From contig JAUCBJ010006570.1 of NCBI GenBank assembly GCA_032718475.1, positions 43,916 to 107,915 of the forward strand: a stretch of 64,000 bases of DNA, written 5' to 3'. The position numbers were made by a program, and so were the translations under genes. The stretch is from Nemertoderma westbladi. Its lineage: Eukaryota; Animalia; Xenacoelomorpha. This document shows, piece by piece, positions 1 through 12,500 of this stretch. Below the pieces are notes generated by a model. The model did no database searches. It saw only the letters and a list, made by a program, of their open reading frames with translations, and was not told where the DNA came from. Position 1 is the first letter of the stretch. Every line of letters starts with the position of its first letter.

Positions 1-701
1 GACCATGAGCTCCCCTTGAAAGTTGGTTGATTTATTCTGGCCGCCTTCTCTGAATCTGTTAATAAACAGCCCTAAATTCGTTGTTTTGGCGATAGGCCAG
101 GATATTGGCCTGGTAAAGGTGGGAGTAGACATTGATTATTGAATTAAATTGTAAGGGTAGGCTACTAATTCGACACGGGTCACCCAATTTAGAAATTTTT
201 GAAAATCACGTAAAAATCTATATATCTTAGATATTTTGATTGTAGAACTTTAGGCTATGTCGTCTAGGCACTTGTCCATATGTGTACCTACACCGAATTT
301 TATTCCGAACCCTACCGCTACACCACAGGCCAGTGTAACGAACGAATTCACAACTTACATTCACGCTACTGCTACGCACATCGCAGGCTACTGCAGTGTG
401 ACGAATTCATAACCCTAACCCGCTGCGAGGAGCATTACTCCCCGGCATTAGTGTGGCCTGGGGCCCCATTTTTGGAAAATTTATGGCAACATATTTTTTT
501 GTTAATTTGAGTGTATAATATCAAGGAGACTTGTTCTAGAACATTGTAAATACAAAAAAATACATATATGTATATAAATAAACATATATGTATATATATG
601 TTAAATATATATGAAATAAATAAATATAATATATATACAATAATATATATATTTGGATGTAAGAGGTAGAGATCACCGGGCTGTCGGTTCTCAAGGCCGC
701 T

Positions 702-1290
702 ATGATGCTTTGTGGTAGCACCAGACCAGTCGGTGGAGATGGAGAACTCTGGAGTGCGCTCCTGACTGCCACGAGGCGAAACAGCGCCCGTCTGCGCGAG
801 GCTGTGACTGGTTTGGCCCGTCGGGTGGCCAACTCTTTGGTACCATGGGGTGAGATTTGGGTGCTGCGAGCGTGTTGGCTCATTGCACTCGACAAGAAGC
901 CTGGAGTCCGCCCAATCGGTATAGGGGAGGTCCTCTATCGTCTCCCAGCGAACTGTCTCACCATGGAGACAAAGGCTAACCTAGTTCAGCAATGTGGGGC
1001 TGATCAGCTGTGCGCTGGCGTCAAGACCGGAATTGAAGGCGCTGTCCACGCGATGAACGCCATCTACGAGGAAGAAGAGACTGAGGCGTAGATGCGAAGA
1101 ATGCCTTCAACTCAGGTATGTCGCCCCGTGTCCCTCTGGAACTGTCGAATCTTATGGCATCATGCCTCCCTGTTTCTTTTCAATTCATATAACAGTCACA
1201 TGGCCCTCTACCTTCATGGCAGTGATGACCCAATATGGATCCAGGAGGGTTGGATGCAGGGGGATCCTGCGGCGATGCTGGGCTGGTTGC
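702..1290 (+). pseudogene. Fragment of non-LTR retrotransposon reverse transcriptase (CRE/restriction-like-endonuclease clade type), frameshifted
   Basis: Motifs LIALDKKPGVRPIGIGEVLYRL and QLCAGVKTGIEGAVHAM, then EGWMQGDP (QGDP box) after a frameshift. Confidence 0.75.
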
Positions 1291-1703
1291 GCGACCCTGC
1301 CCATGGTGCACCAGTTGCTACAAGCCGATCTGCCTCTTTCACCCGACAATGCAACCACTGATGTAGAGTCGGATTTTGGCCCGTCACCGAGCTCCCCACC
1401 ACTGTTCGATGACACCATCATCCCCAACACGATACGTGACTCGAGTACCAGATAGGCTGTATCCTTACAGAAATGCAGCGCCGTCTGAATTACACCAGTC
1501 TGCAGGTAGAGTGCGAAATTTCTGAAAGTTAACATTTTCTCGAACTTTTGTTATTTACTTACAATTGCTGTTAATCTGAAACTTGACAGTTATGTCCTAC
1601 GGGGGTGTGGTTTTACTGTATTTCATGGTGGTATGAATCTGTTCCATATGCAGTTCTCCGATCTGCATTTCTCAGCATATTCACGTATCATCCTGTACAG
1701 GGC

Positions 1704-1741
1704 CTAGAAAACTGTGGCCCGAAGGGCCACAGGCTTTCTAG
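1704..1741 (+). mobile_element. Helitron-like 3' terminus (GC-rich hairpin followed by CTAG|T)
   Basis: CTGTGGCCC-GAA-GGGCCACAG hairpin, then GCTTT, then CTAG followed by T. The 5' end was not found. Confidence 0.35.
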
Positions 1742-2836
1742 TATTATATATAGATATGTACGTTTTTAGGTCATTTAGTAAAATTTGAAAATTGGGTGAC
1801 CCATATCGAATTAGTTAGCAATTCTAAGTTACATAAATGGCCTCCTTTAGAATCCGAAAAATGCAGCTTATTGCGCCGTGAATGTAGTAGTCTACTGTAA
1901 GCTTGTTATAGCTTACATAAATCTTATTTACGATCGCTTGTTTACTACAATCATTGTTTACGTTAGTGTCTACTGTACAATGAATATGGTGAGTACTGTA
2001 TTTTGTTAGTTAATAAATTAGTGTTTACCAAATCATTGTTGCCATGGTGTTACGCTTATATGTATTTAAATTATTATAAAACTAAAACCCAACTGGAAAT
2101 TAAGCGGACTGAATACTGGCTACGCGGACCTAAAACGGAACTGCCATCTGTAGAATATAAAACAATAACACAATAACAGATGACAAATAATACAAGGAAT
2201 GACATGTTTACTGTAGACACATGGTGAGATACACTGACGTTCCACACCACAGCAATGCAACTAAAAATTACACCCATAAAGGAAAGGTCACACTGACATG
2301 CAGTATGTATACGTATAGGGAAGGTGAGGGAGATCCAATATTATATAATTCATTTTACTACAGTCAGTAAGTGCCAGGCTGGAGGGAAATTTGAATTAAA
2401 GTATTCTTGTAGAATTATATTTACAACAAACACTGAACAATACTACTGACTGCACTACTGTACAAGGCCTACTAGAAGAATATTTCTGTACTTCTAGTAC
2501 CGTAGTAATGTGTTCTAGTACTGTAGGCAAGGACTACTGAAGCAAGGACTGGCACACGGTAAATCACGGTAAAAAACACTGCAGCACTGGCCCACGGTAT
2601 TCTGGATTTACCGTCTGCCAGTCCTTGCTTTAGTACTGTAGTAGTCCTTGACTGTAGGCCTTGCTGCATGCTGCACTACAACTGTTGTGCTGTTCTACCT
2701 ACGCCTACCTACCCACTACCGCTACCATCCTATCAAATCACCTCACCTGCTCACCCACAGGTCCAGGTGCCAGCGTGCCAGGCAGTGGACCGACACCGGT
2801 TTGGGTAAACCTTTACCTTACCACTGTACCAGCAGG

Positions 2837-3451
2837 ATGTTGACAAAATCTCCTAAACCCTTTTACGCTTCGTACACGAAGCCACCCGATGTACGCTACG
2901 TGAAATCGCGATTCAAGGAAGAAGTTCTATTCCGGAGAGTGGATCGGATACTGAGAGTGGATCACGCAGGGGAGATAGGCGCGCGGGCGATATATTCGGG
3001 CCAGTTGTGCGTGCTAGCTAGCGGTTCGGAGGCGGCCCGAGCGGTACAACACATAAAGGACCAGGAAATGGTCCATGTTAAAGAGTTCCAGCGTTTGGTG
3101 AGAGAGCGGGGGATCAGACCAAGCGCGTTGTTGCCTTGTTGGGAAGGTTTAGGATTTTTATTGGGAGCTGTTACTGCAGCTCTTGGCCCTCAGACTGCAA
3201 TGGCGTGTACAGTGGCTGTTGAGGATGTTATCAGTAAACATTACGATAATCAATTAAGGGAACTTATTGAGGACGATGTGGAGGAACATAGGCTATTGTT
3301 GGATACGATAAGGAAGTTTAGAGACGAGGAGATCAAACATCACGACTTGGCATTGGACCACGAGGCTTCCTCTGCCCCCGGATATGACGTCATTTCTGGA
3401 GCTATTAAACTCGGTTGCTATGCAGCTATATGGTGCGCCGAGAGGATTTAG
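2837..3451 (+). CDS. COQ7: 5-demethoxyubiquinone hydroxylase COQ7/CLK-1 (di-iron carboxylate protein), single exon
   Basis: Contains RILRVDHAGEIGARAIYSGQ, DQEMVH, RPSALLPCW, AMACTVAVEDVISKHYDNQLREL and KFRDEEIKHHD, and ends AIWCAERI. Both ExxH di-iron motifs are present. The first in-frame ATG is 2837 (MLTKSPK..., basic and presequence-like); the ORF-track start at 2648 is a TTG. Confidence 0.95.
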   Translation: MLTKSPKPFYASYTKPPDVRYVKSRFKEEVLFRRVDRILRVDHAGEIGARAIYSGQLCVLASGSEAARAVQHIKDQEMVHVKEFQRLVRERGIRPSALLPCWEGLGFLLGAVTAALGPQTAMACTVAVEDVISKHYDNQLRELIEDDVEEHRLLLDTIRKFRDEEIKHHDLALDHEASSAPGYDVISGAIKLGCYAAIWCAERI

Positions 3452-3970
3452 TTATGTTTGCATTGATGTTTTTGTGTTTTCGGCCTGACCTTTCGTTGTG
3501 ACGTAGTGTGCACCAAGTCTTTTTACGGCAACTTATTTGTACAACCTAGCATGGAATACTAAATATAGAGTGTATATTAAGTACTCTATATTTAGTATTC
3601 CACGAACCTACTTATATTAATGTTATAAGCTATTGTTGAAGCTTGAAGGTAAAGTAAGACGACGTTAATAAAATTTTTCATGTTTAAGGATAATTTTCAT
3701 CGTAACGCTCTAGTGTGGTTATTAAAGGTCTGCTTTACTCTTATCATTGAATAGAGGTATAACTACTCTCAATATACTCTAGTTTTACACTCCATATTTA
3801 TAAAATGGGAAAGATGTGAAAAGCCAAAGGATCATTTTGATTTCGGATGATATTTTGCATAAAAATCTAATGATATAATATATCAACAAATAACTATTTA
3901 CATCTTTGTGTTAAATGACAAGTAGCAATTTCCAGGGTTTCGTTCGAAATCGGAAGAAAAAGTTGAGTAA

Positions 3971-4640
3971 TCCCGGCGAAAAAAGTAAAATAAAATTATT
4001 TTTATGGAATTTCTTAAATTACTATAAAAAAACTATAAAAATAATTATTTAATTATTTAATTATTAAATAACTATAACAAAACTATAATCTAATACGTTA
4101 CTCAAATACTCTTACAGTATGCAGTATCTATTAACAACAAACCTTACCGTATTATTTTATTTCTTTTTTTTAATAATGTCTAATGCCATAACTACCGTAG
4201 GCTTAGTAGGCTTCCCTTTAAATATAGAAATAAATGATTAATGCGGCGAGGTATCCGTTAATTTGCGGCGAAATGGCATTCGCAGTGAGACACCTCGCCG
4301 CACATTATCTGCGGCGAGGTAACCTGCGGCGAAGTGGCAGTGCGGCGAGGTGACCAGCACCCCTGAAAGAGCATCGAAGTAAAAAAAGGTTTGCAAGTAA
4401 TTTGAGCAAAATCCATTCACACTCTCAAAAGTTATTGCAACTTTAGTGTCTGCAAGGCGAACTACAAATCGGAACTCAATATCCAATATTGGTGTATGTA
4501 GTTTGGCGGCTCTCTAGTTACGTATTAAATATTCGAGAACACTCAATTATTTACCGTGGAGTTAAGGCAACATCAGGAGTTGAATAGAACAATAATTCGA
4601 ATTGCAGTAACTATGAAAGCAGTATCGTAAAATACTACAG
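3971..4640 (+). repeat. Dispersed repeat, inverted homolog of 59045-59372, interrupted by a ~340-bp insert (about 4022-4364)
   Basis: 4365-4552 (GAAAGAGCATCGA...GAGAACACTCAATTATTT) reverse-complements 59128-59310, and 3971-4020 matches 59322-59372. Confidence 0.7.
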
Positions 4641-4651
4641 TTTAAATTACT

Positions 4652-5185
4652 TTTACTCCCCTCCCCTACCCCCTATGCTCTACTTCCCTCTCCCTGCCCC
4701 CTATACTCTCCTTGCCCCACTAACCTCCTCACCCCTACCCCCTCTACTCCCCTACCCCCTCTACTCCCCTCTTCCTGCCCCCATCTACTCCTCTACCCCC
4801 GCTAACCTCCTCACCCCTACCCCCTCTACTCCCCTGCCCCTCTACTACTCCCCTACCCCCTCTACTCCCCTCTTCCTGCCCCCTATACTCTCCTTGCCCC
4901 ACTAACCTCCTCACCCCTACCCCCTCTACTCCCCTACCCCCTCTACTCCCCTACCCCCTCTACTCCCCTGCCCCCTCTACTACTCCCCTACCCCCTCTAC
5001 TCCCCTCTTCCTGCCCCCATCTACTCCTCTACCCCCGCTAACCGTCTCTCTCCTACCCTCTCTGCTCTATTCCCCTCACCCCTACCCCCTCTACTCCCCT
5101 CTTCCTGCCCCCATCTACTCCTCTACCCCCGCTAACCGCCTCTCCCCTACCCCCTCTGCTCTATTCCCCTCTCCCCACCCCCTCC
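4652..5185. repeat. C-rich low-complexity/minisatellite tract (CTACTCCCCTACCCCCT-type units), G-run-rich on the minus strand
   Basis: Direct reading of imperfect repeats. The Pro/Leu ORF here is a by-product. Confidence 0.9.
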
Positions 5186-6275
5186 TTATTTTTTCGCTTT
5201 TATCTCCAACCACTAACTATATCATACTAACTCTATATACACAACACCACGCATCTCATAATTCAACTATTAAAATATTAACGAGTTGCATTTATTTCGT
5301 TAGTTATTTTGTGTAATGTACATGTAAACCTTTCTTGTTACTGTGGGGCGAGCCACGCAGTCAAGGCGAGCCTTAGCGCACAATTATAATTAGTAAATAG
5401 GGCAAAATTTCATGTCCGTCTGTTTGTCTATCTGTCGTATATAATGAAAAATTCATTCGTAAATAACTTTTGAAGATTTTAACTATTTTCAACCAAATTT
5501 GTATGGGCATGCTAGAGAAAAAGTTTCAATATTTTTTAAAGTTACGGGCAATACCTCTCGAACGTTTGACTCCAGATAAAATCGAACTTGTTTCGAACTT
5601 GCTCAAGTTAGCGTGCTGCGCGACGCCCCACGAACGTGTAATCATACAGTGCTAGTTCTGATAATGTTTTTATATTATATTTTTTTTTTATAATAATTTT
5701 TTTAATTGTTTGTGTAATGCATTTGTATATATTAAAATGTAATACTATTGTGGAAATATATCATTGATATTGAAATGATGATAAAAATCAAAGAATCTGA
5801 TTTAAGTAAAAAAATATTGGTTTAAATAAAAATAATCTGATTTTTTATCAACACTGGTATTTATGCATTGAGGAAGCTCAGCAATATAGGTTTACAAAAT
5901 AAACAACAGTCTTAACGCTCAATAGTGCCCTTTTTTCACACAATTTTGAAGGCAATTTTGTTACATTATTTCAACTTATTGACGTTCTGAATGCTAAATA
6001 ATTAGCTTTAATATTGTAATGTTTAGGAATATTAATGAAATTCATATATCCTTCTTAGATGCAGTAAATAATCTTACACTTACTACCATACAATGGCTAT
6101 AGTCATTGGAGATTACTCAATTTCTGAGTTAGTGATTTACTTTGCTGCATTAGAATGTAAAAAATATATTGAAATAAAAAATCACACACAGTATACTTGC
6201 TATTATTCGCCTACCGCGGATTAGGCCTACTGTTTATTGATAACAGTGTAAGCTCTTGCTCTTAATTGAGTGATC

Positions 6276-6550
6276 GGCCCATGTGAAGAATACCAGACTT
6301 TCTGCCGTTATATTTTGACTTTGCAGTTACCCCCATGTGAAGAATACCAGGTTTTCACCAAAACCACAGGTCACAGAAGGGCTGAATCTAACCAAAACAA
6401 TAAACGAATTAGTATATGTACAGGTTATAAGACAGAAATAAGCGCTATAAAACACTTAATAAAGATAAATTAAAAAAAAAAATCTTCATATATAAAATTC
6501 CAATAAAAAGTCGACCGAAAAGTGAAATCCTGGTATTCTTCACATGGGCG
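6276..6550 (+). mobile_element. MITE copy 1 (275 bp), TIR core CCCATGTGAAGAATACCAG, 8-bp TSD GAGTGATC
   Basis: GAGTGATC at 6268-6275 and 6551-6558. Ends are GGCCCATGTGAAGAATACCAG ... CTGGTATTCTTCACATGGGCG. Confidence 0.9.
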
Positions 6551-7062
6551 GAGTGATCAGATCACCACCTCAACATCTGGAAAAATTTGGGATCTGAAAA
6601 TTTGGAATCATATTTTACGCTAAAAAATAAAAAGAAATACTTTTAGTAAAAAGAAGTGCATCGCCTCAAGTAAAAACGTATGAGTTTTTCATGGGTAAAA
6701 CGTCAATACAATAGGCAGTTTTTGTTATCGACGTACTCCAAATTAATATAAAGTTTTTATTACACAAAAACTCCATTAAGTTTGATATATTATTATAAAT
6801 TATTCCACACTATTTAACTTGTAACTTATAATACAATTATATAAATACTGAAAGTTATTTGTTATAAATTGTGAGAAGATTGAAGGTTCGGCTCAATTAA
6901 AGATAATGAGCACAAAATTACAACAGTAAATATGGGTGAACAAGAACAAACCATCCAAAACTCTAGTAAATAATAAAAGCAAAAGGAAAGGTTGGATAAA
7001 AAGGGGAATGAGATATTCGTTACGTCGGTCGGGGTTTGGCTATAACAGATGGAACTCGCTGA

Positions 7063-7691
7063 GGTCGGTATGAGCAGGGAGGGTTCCTAGAACGGCTGTG
7101 GTCGGTATGAGCAGGGAGGGTTCCTAGAACGGCTGTGGTCGGTATGAGCAGGGAGGGTTCCTAGAACGGCTGTGGTCGGTATGAGCAGGGAGGGCTCCTA
7201 GAACGGCTGTGGTCGGTATGAGCAGGGAGGGCTCCTAGAACGGCTGTGGTCGGTATGAGCAGGGAGGGCTCCTAGAACGGCTGTGGTCGGTATGAGCAGG
7301 GAGGGCTCCTAGAACGGCTGTGGTCGGTATGAGCAGGGAGGGTTCCTAGAACGGCTGTGGTCGGTATGAGCAGGGAGGGTTCCTAGAACGGCTGTGGTCG
7401 GTATGAGCAGGGAGGGTTCCTAGAACGGCTGTGGTCGGTATGAGCAGGGAGGGTTCCTAGAACGGCTGTGGTCGGTATGAGCAGGGAGGGTTCCTAGAAC
7501 GGCTGTGGTCGGTATGAGCAGGGAGGGTTCCTAGAACGGCTGTGGTCGGTATGAGCAGGGAGGGCTCCTAGAACTACTGTGGTCGGTATGAGCAGGGAGG
7601 GTTCCTAGAACGGCTGTGGTCGGTATGAGCAGGGAGGGTTCCTAGAACTACTGAGGTCGGCATGAGCAGGCAGGGTTCCTAGAACGGCTGT
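7063..7691. repeat. 37-bp minisatellite, 17 near-identical copies (GGTCGGTATGAGCAGGGAGGGTTCCTAGAACGGCTGT)
   Basis: Head-to-tail units with no spacers. Confidence 0.95.
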
Positions 7692-7790
7692 GGCATTGCC
7701 ACGCACAACGGCCATCGATATACATCGATGCTGCCCTTGGTTCTTCCACCATCGATGCGATCCGACCAATGCACTGATCGCCCGAAGGAT

Positions 7791-8492
7791 CGCCCATGTG
7801 AAGAATACCAGAATTTCACTTTTCGGTCGACATTTTATTGGAATTTTATATATGAAGATTTTTTATTTTTTTTAATTTATCTTTATTAAGTGTTTTATAG
7901 CGATTGTTTCTGTCTTATAACCTGTAGATATACTAATTCGTTTATTGTTTTGGTTAATTCAGCCCTTCTGTAACCTTTGTTTTTGGTGAAAACCTGGTAT
8001 TCTTCACATGGGGGTAACTGCAAAGTGAAATATAACGGCATAAAGTCTGGTATTCTTCACATTGGGGTAACTGCAAAGTGAAATATAACGGCATAAAGTC
8101 TGGTATTCTTCACATGGGGGTAACTGCAAAGTGAAATATAACGGCATAAAGTCTGGTATTCTTCACATTGGGGTAACTGCAAAGTGAAATATAACGGCAT
8201 AAAGTCTGGTATTCTTCACATGGGGGTAACTGCAAAGTGAAATATAACGGCATAAAGTCTGGTATTCTTCACATGGGGGTAACTGCAAAGTGAAATATAA
8301 CGGCATAAAGTCTGGTATTCTTCACATGGGGTAACTGCAAAGTGAAATATAACGGCATAAAGTCTGGTATTCTTCACATGGGGGTAACTGCAAAGTGAAA
8401 TATAACGGCATAAAGTCTGGTATTCTTCACATGGGTAACTGCAAAGTGAAATATAACGGCAGAAAGTCTGGTATTCTTCACATGCATGGGCC
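7791..8492 (-). mobile_element. MITE copy 2 (inverted relative to copy 1), 8-bp TSD CGAAGGAT, with its TIR-containing 53-bp terminal unit amplified about 9 times
   Basis: CGAAGGAT at 7783-7790 and 8493-8500. The body is the reverse complement of 6276-6550. The unit CTGGTATTCTTCACATGGGGGTAACTGCAAAGTGAAATATAACGGCATAAAGT is tandem at 7994-8484. Confidence 0.9.
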
Positions 8493-9407
8493 CGAAGGAT
8501 CCTTGTACATTCACAGTCAATGGTGGTAAAGTTGCGATTGTGCTGCAGGTCAGTTTACTTATTATTTACCTTTAAAATTTCGGCATTGGAAAATACAGCT
8601 CCAGCAGAGATTGAACTTGTGTTCGCGCTTTTGTAACTTTCACAATTTTCTAACAAACAATTTTAATAATCGCAGAATTCTCACTAAGTTTGCCGGTCGT
8701 TTAACATCAAAATCTAAATCAAACTAGCGCGGCATATGACCCTAAAGGAGTCTGAAATATATTGGCAGGCTTAGATAGGCCGCATGTGCATCAGTCGATT
8801 GATTCTCGCAATATAATTCCTAACAGCAATCTGGACCTACATGGAATGTATTAACAGTTCGGTTGGGATGTCATGCTCCAGATCCAGATATATGTCTATA
8901 TATATCTGTATGTCTAACGGCAATTACAAATAACACTACAGTATGAAAGATCATAGTCTGCATGTCCTTTACGGACATGGGTTGTTAACTCTGACTAAGA
9001 TAGCAGTCAGAATAATAACTGACTTAGACAATTTTGGTCATGAATAACGAAGATACTAAGGCGCTCACACGTGTTGGGGCTACAAAATAATATACAGCTA
9101 ATACACGCCACCTTTTGTGAACCAGAAAATGCTACTCGACCCTCAATCTCAAAGCTTACCTCAATTGATGCAAATAGCAATCAGTTCAGAATACTAATCT
9201 TAATGGGTACGAATATTTCTCCCCTGTCCATCTGAATTTTTAACCCACGAGCCGAAAATTAGTATTTTATATGCTAAGATATTATTCTGTAATTTTACGA
9301 AATATTTTATCACAATATGTGGTGCCTTTGTTTATAGTTACATAATACTGTATTTACTTATTTTCGACATAAATACAGTTAGTTAAATGTACTACTAAAC
9401 TTAACTA

Positions 9408-9549
9408 TGATCGGCATACTGCAATGCAGCTGCATTATATATATATTACATATATTATTAAGAATTCTGTGCCGTCTTATCGACAAAATTGCGCCGCAAA
9501 GTGAGACACATCCAATGTTATATAGTGTCTGGTTGGAGATGTGTGCATT
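9408..9549 (-). mobile_element. Internally deleted 3' fragment of the RTE-type LINE family
   Basis: GATCGGCATACTGCAATGCAGCTGCATT and TCCAATGTTATATAGTGTCTGGTTGGAGATGTGTGCATT match 28444-28471 and 28743-28781. Confidence 0.8.
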
Positions 9550-9551
9550 AT

Positions 9552-12500
9552 CAGTGCGCCTCTCCCCTATGTTCTCCTTCACGAAGGCAGTGTGCCTGTC
9601 CCTGTTCTCCTTCACGAACGCAGTGTGCCTGTCCCTATGTTATCTTTCACGAAGGCAGTGTGCCTGTCCCTGTGTTCTCCTTCACGAGGGCAGTGTGCCT
9701 GTCCCTATGTTCTCCTTCACGAGGGCAGTGTGCCTGTCCCTATGTTCTCCTTCACGAAGGCAGTGTGCCTGTCCCTGTTCTCCTTCACGAACGCAGTGTG
9801 CCTGTCCCTATGTTATCTTTCACGAAGGCAGTGTGCCTGTCCCTGTGTTCTCCTTCACGAGGGCAGTGTGCCTGTCCCTATGTTCTCCTTCACGAGGGCA
9901 GTGTGCCTGTCCCTATGTTCTCCTTCACGAAGGCAGTGTGCCTGTCCCTGTTCTCCTTCACGAACGCAGTGTGCCTGTCCCTATGTTATCTTTCACGAAG
10001 GCAGTGTGCCGGTCCTTGTGTTCTCCTTTACGAAGGCAGTGGGCATGTCCCTCTGTTATCTTTCACGAAGGCAGTGTGCCTGTCCCTATGTTCTCCTTCA
10101 CGAAGGCAGTGTGCATGTCCCTATATTATCTTTCACGAAGGCAGTGTGCCTGTCCCTATGTAATCTTTCACGAAGGCAGTGGGCATGTCCCTTTGTTATC
10201 TTTCACGAAGGCAGTGTGCCTGTCCCTATGTTCTCCTTCACGAAGGCAGTGTGCCTGTCCCTATGTTCTCCTTCACGAAGGCAGTGTGCCTGTCCCCTAT
10301 GTTCTCCTTCACGAGGGCAGTGTGCCTCTCCCCTATGTTATCTTTCACGAAGGCAGTGTGCCTGTCCCTATGTTATCTTTCACGAAGGCAGTGTGCCTGT
10401 CCCTGTGTTCTCCTTAACGGGGGCAGTGTGCCTCTCCCCTATGTAATCTTTCACGAAGGCAGTGTGCCTCTCCCCTATGTTATCTTTCACGAAGGCAGTG
10501 TGCCTGTCCCTATGTTATCTTTCACGAAGGCAGTGTGCCTGTCCCTGTGTTCTCCTTAACGGGGGCAGTGTGCCTCTCCCCTATGTTATCTTTCACGAAG
10601 GCAGTGTGCCTGTCCCTGTGTTCTCCTTAACGGGGGCAGTGTGCCTCTCCCCTATGTTATCTTTCACGAAGACAGTGTGCCTGCCCCTATGTTATCTTTC
10701 ACGAGGGCAGTGTGCCTGTCCCTATGTTCTCCTTAACGAGGGCAGTGTGCCTGTCCCTATGTTCTCCTTCACGAAGGCAGTGTGCCTGTCCATATGTTCT
10801 CCTTCACGAAGGCAGTGTGCCTGTCCCTATGTTCTCCTTCACGAAGGCAGTGTGCCTGTCCCTATGTTATCTTTCACGAAGGCAGTGTGCCTGTCCCTGT
10901 GTTCTCCTTAACGGGGGCAGTGTGCCTCTCCCCTATGTTATCTTTCACGAAGGCAGTGTGCCTGTCCCTATGTTATCTTTCACGAAGGCAGTGTGCCTGT
11001 CCCTGTTCTCCTTCACGAACGCAGTGTGCCTGTCCCTATGTTCTCCTTCACGAAGGCAGTGTGCCTGTCCCTATGTTCTCCTTCACGAAGGCAGTGTGCC
11101 TGTCCCCTATGTTCTCCTTCACGAGGGCAGTGTGCCTCTCCCCTATGTTATCTTTCACGAAGGCAGTGTGCCTGTCCCTATGTTATCTTTCACGAAGGCA
11201 GTGTGCCTGTCCCTGTGTTCTCCTTAACGGGGGCAGTGTGCCTCTCCCCTATGTAATCTTTCACGAAGGCAGTGTGCCTCTCCCCTATGTTATCTTTCAC
11301 GAAGGCAGTGTGCCTGTCCCTATGTTATCTTTCACGAAGGCAGTGTGCCTGTCCCTGTGTTCTCCTTAACGGGGGCAGTGTGCCTCTCCCCTATGTTATC
11401 TTTCACGAAGGCAGTGTGCCTGTCCCTGTGTTCTCCTTAACGGGGGCAGTGTGCCTCTCCCCTATGTTATCTTTCACGAAGACAGTGTGCCTGCCCCTAT
11501 GTTATCTTTCACGAGGGCAGTGTGCCTGTCCCTATGTTCTCCTTAACGAGGGCAGTGTGCCTGTCCCTATGTTCTCCTTCACGAAGGCAGTGTGCCTGTC
11601 CATATGTTCTCCTTCACGAAGGCAGTGTGCCTGTCCCTATGTTCTCCTTCACGAAGGCAGTGTGCCTGTCCCTATGTTATCTTTCACGAAGGCAGTGTGC
11701 CTGTCCCTGTGTTCTCCTTAACGGGGGCAGTGTGCCTCTCCCCTATGTTATCTTTCACGAAGGCAGTGTGCCTGTCCCTATGTTATCTTTCACGAAGGCA
11801 GTGTGCCTGTCCCTGTTCTCCTTCACGAACGCAGTGTGCCTGTCCCTATGTTATCTTTCACGAAGGCAGTGTGCCTGTCCCTGTGTTCTCCTTCACGAAG
11901 GCAGTGTGCCTGTCCCTATATTCTCCTTCAAGAAGGCAGTGTGCCTTTCCCCTATGTTCTCTTTCTCAAAGGCAGTGTGCCTGTCCCTATGTTCTCCTTC
12001 ACGAAGGCAGTGTGCCTGTCCCTATGTTCTCCTTCACGAAGGCAGTGTGCCTGTCCCTATGTTATCTTTCACTAAGGCACTGTGCCTGTCCCTGTGTTCT
12101 CCTTCACGAGGGCAGTGTGCCTCGCCCCTATGTTCTCCTTAACGAGGACAGTGTGCCTGTCCCTGTGTTCTCCTTAACGAGGGCAGTGTGCCTCTCCCCT
12201 ATGTTCTCCTTCACGAAGGCAGTGTGCCTGTCCCAATGTTATCTTTCACGAAGGCAGTGTGCCTGTCCCTGTGTTCTCCTTAACGAGGGTAGTGTGCCTC
12301 TCCCCTATGTTCTCCTTCACGAAGACAGTGTGCCTCTCCCCTATGTTCTCCTTCACGAGGGCAGTGTGCCTCTCCCCTATGTTCTCCTTCACGAAGACAG
12401 TGTGCCTCTCCCCTATGTTCTCCTTCACGAGGGCAGTGTGCCTGTCCCTATGTTATCTTTCACGAAGGCAGTGTGCCTCGCCCCTATGTTCTCCTTCACG

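Larger units (their letters stand above)
161..1819. mobile_element. Degraded inverted-repeat-bounded (DNA-transposon/MITE-like) segment enclosing a retroelement fragment
   Basis: CTAATTCGACACGGGTCACCCAATTTAGAAATTTT (165-199) is an imperfect reverse complement of AAAATTTGAAAATTGGGTGACCCATATCGAATTAG (1780-1814). No TSD resolved. Confidence 0.45.

Noticed and set aside
2648-2836. 63-aa N-terminal extension of COQ7
   Set aside because: It starts at TTG with no COQ7-like sequence. The first ATG at 2837 gives a normal-length protein.
4675-4905. Proline-rich extensin-like ORF
   Set aside because: It is a by-product of the C-rich low-complexity tract.
7063-7691. 37-bp repeats as a CRISPR array (also the 35-, 31- and 53-bp arrays)
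   Set aside because: Units are head-to-tail with no unique spacers, there are no cas genes and the context is eukaryotic.
6276-8492. One 2.2-kb transposon with long TIRs
   Set aside because: Each apparent arm has its own TIRs and its own different 8-bp TSD, so these are two MITE insertions.
8780-9200. Possible very old LINE ORF2 remnant (KIAVRII-like patch)
   Set aside because: Too degraded to support without an alignment.
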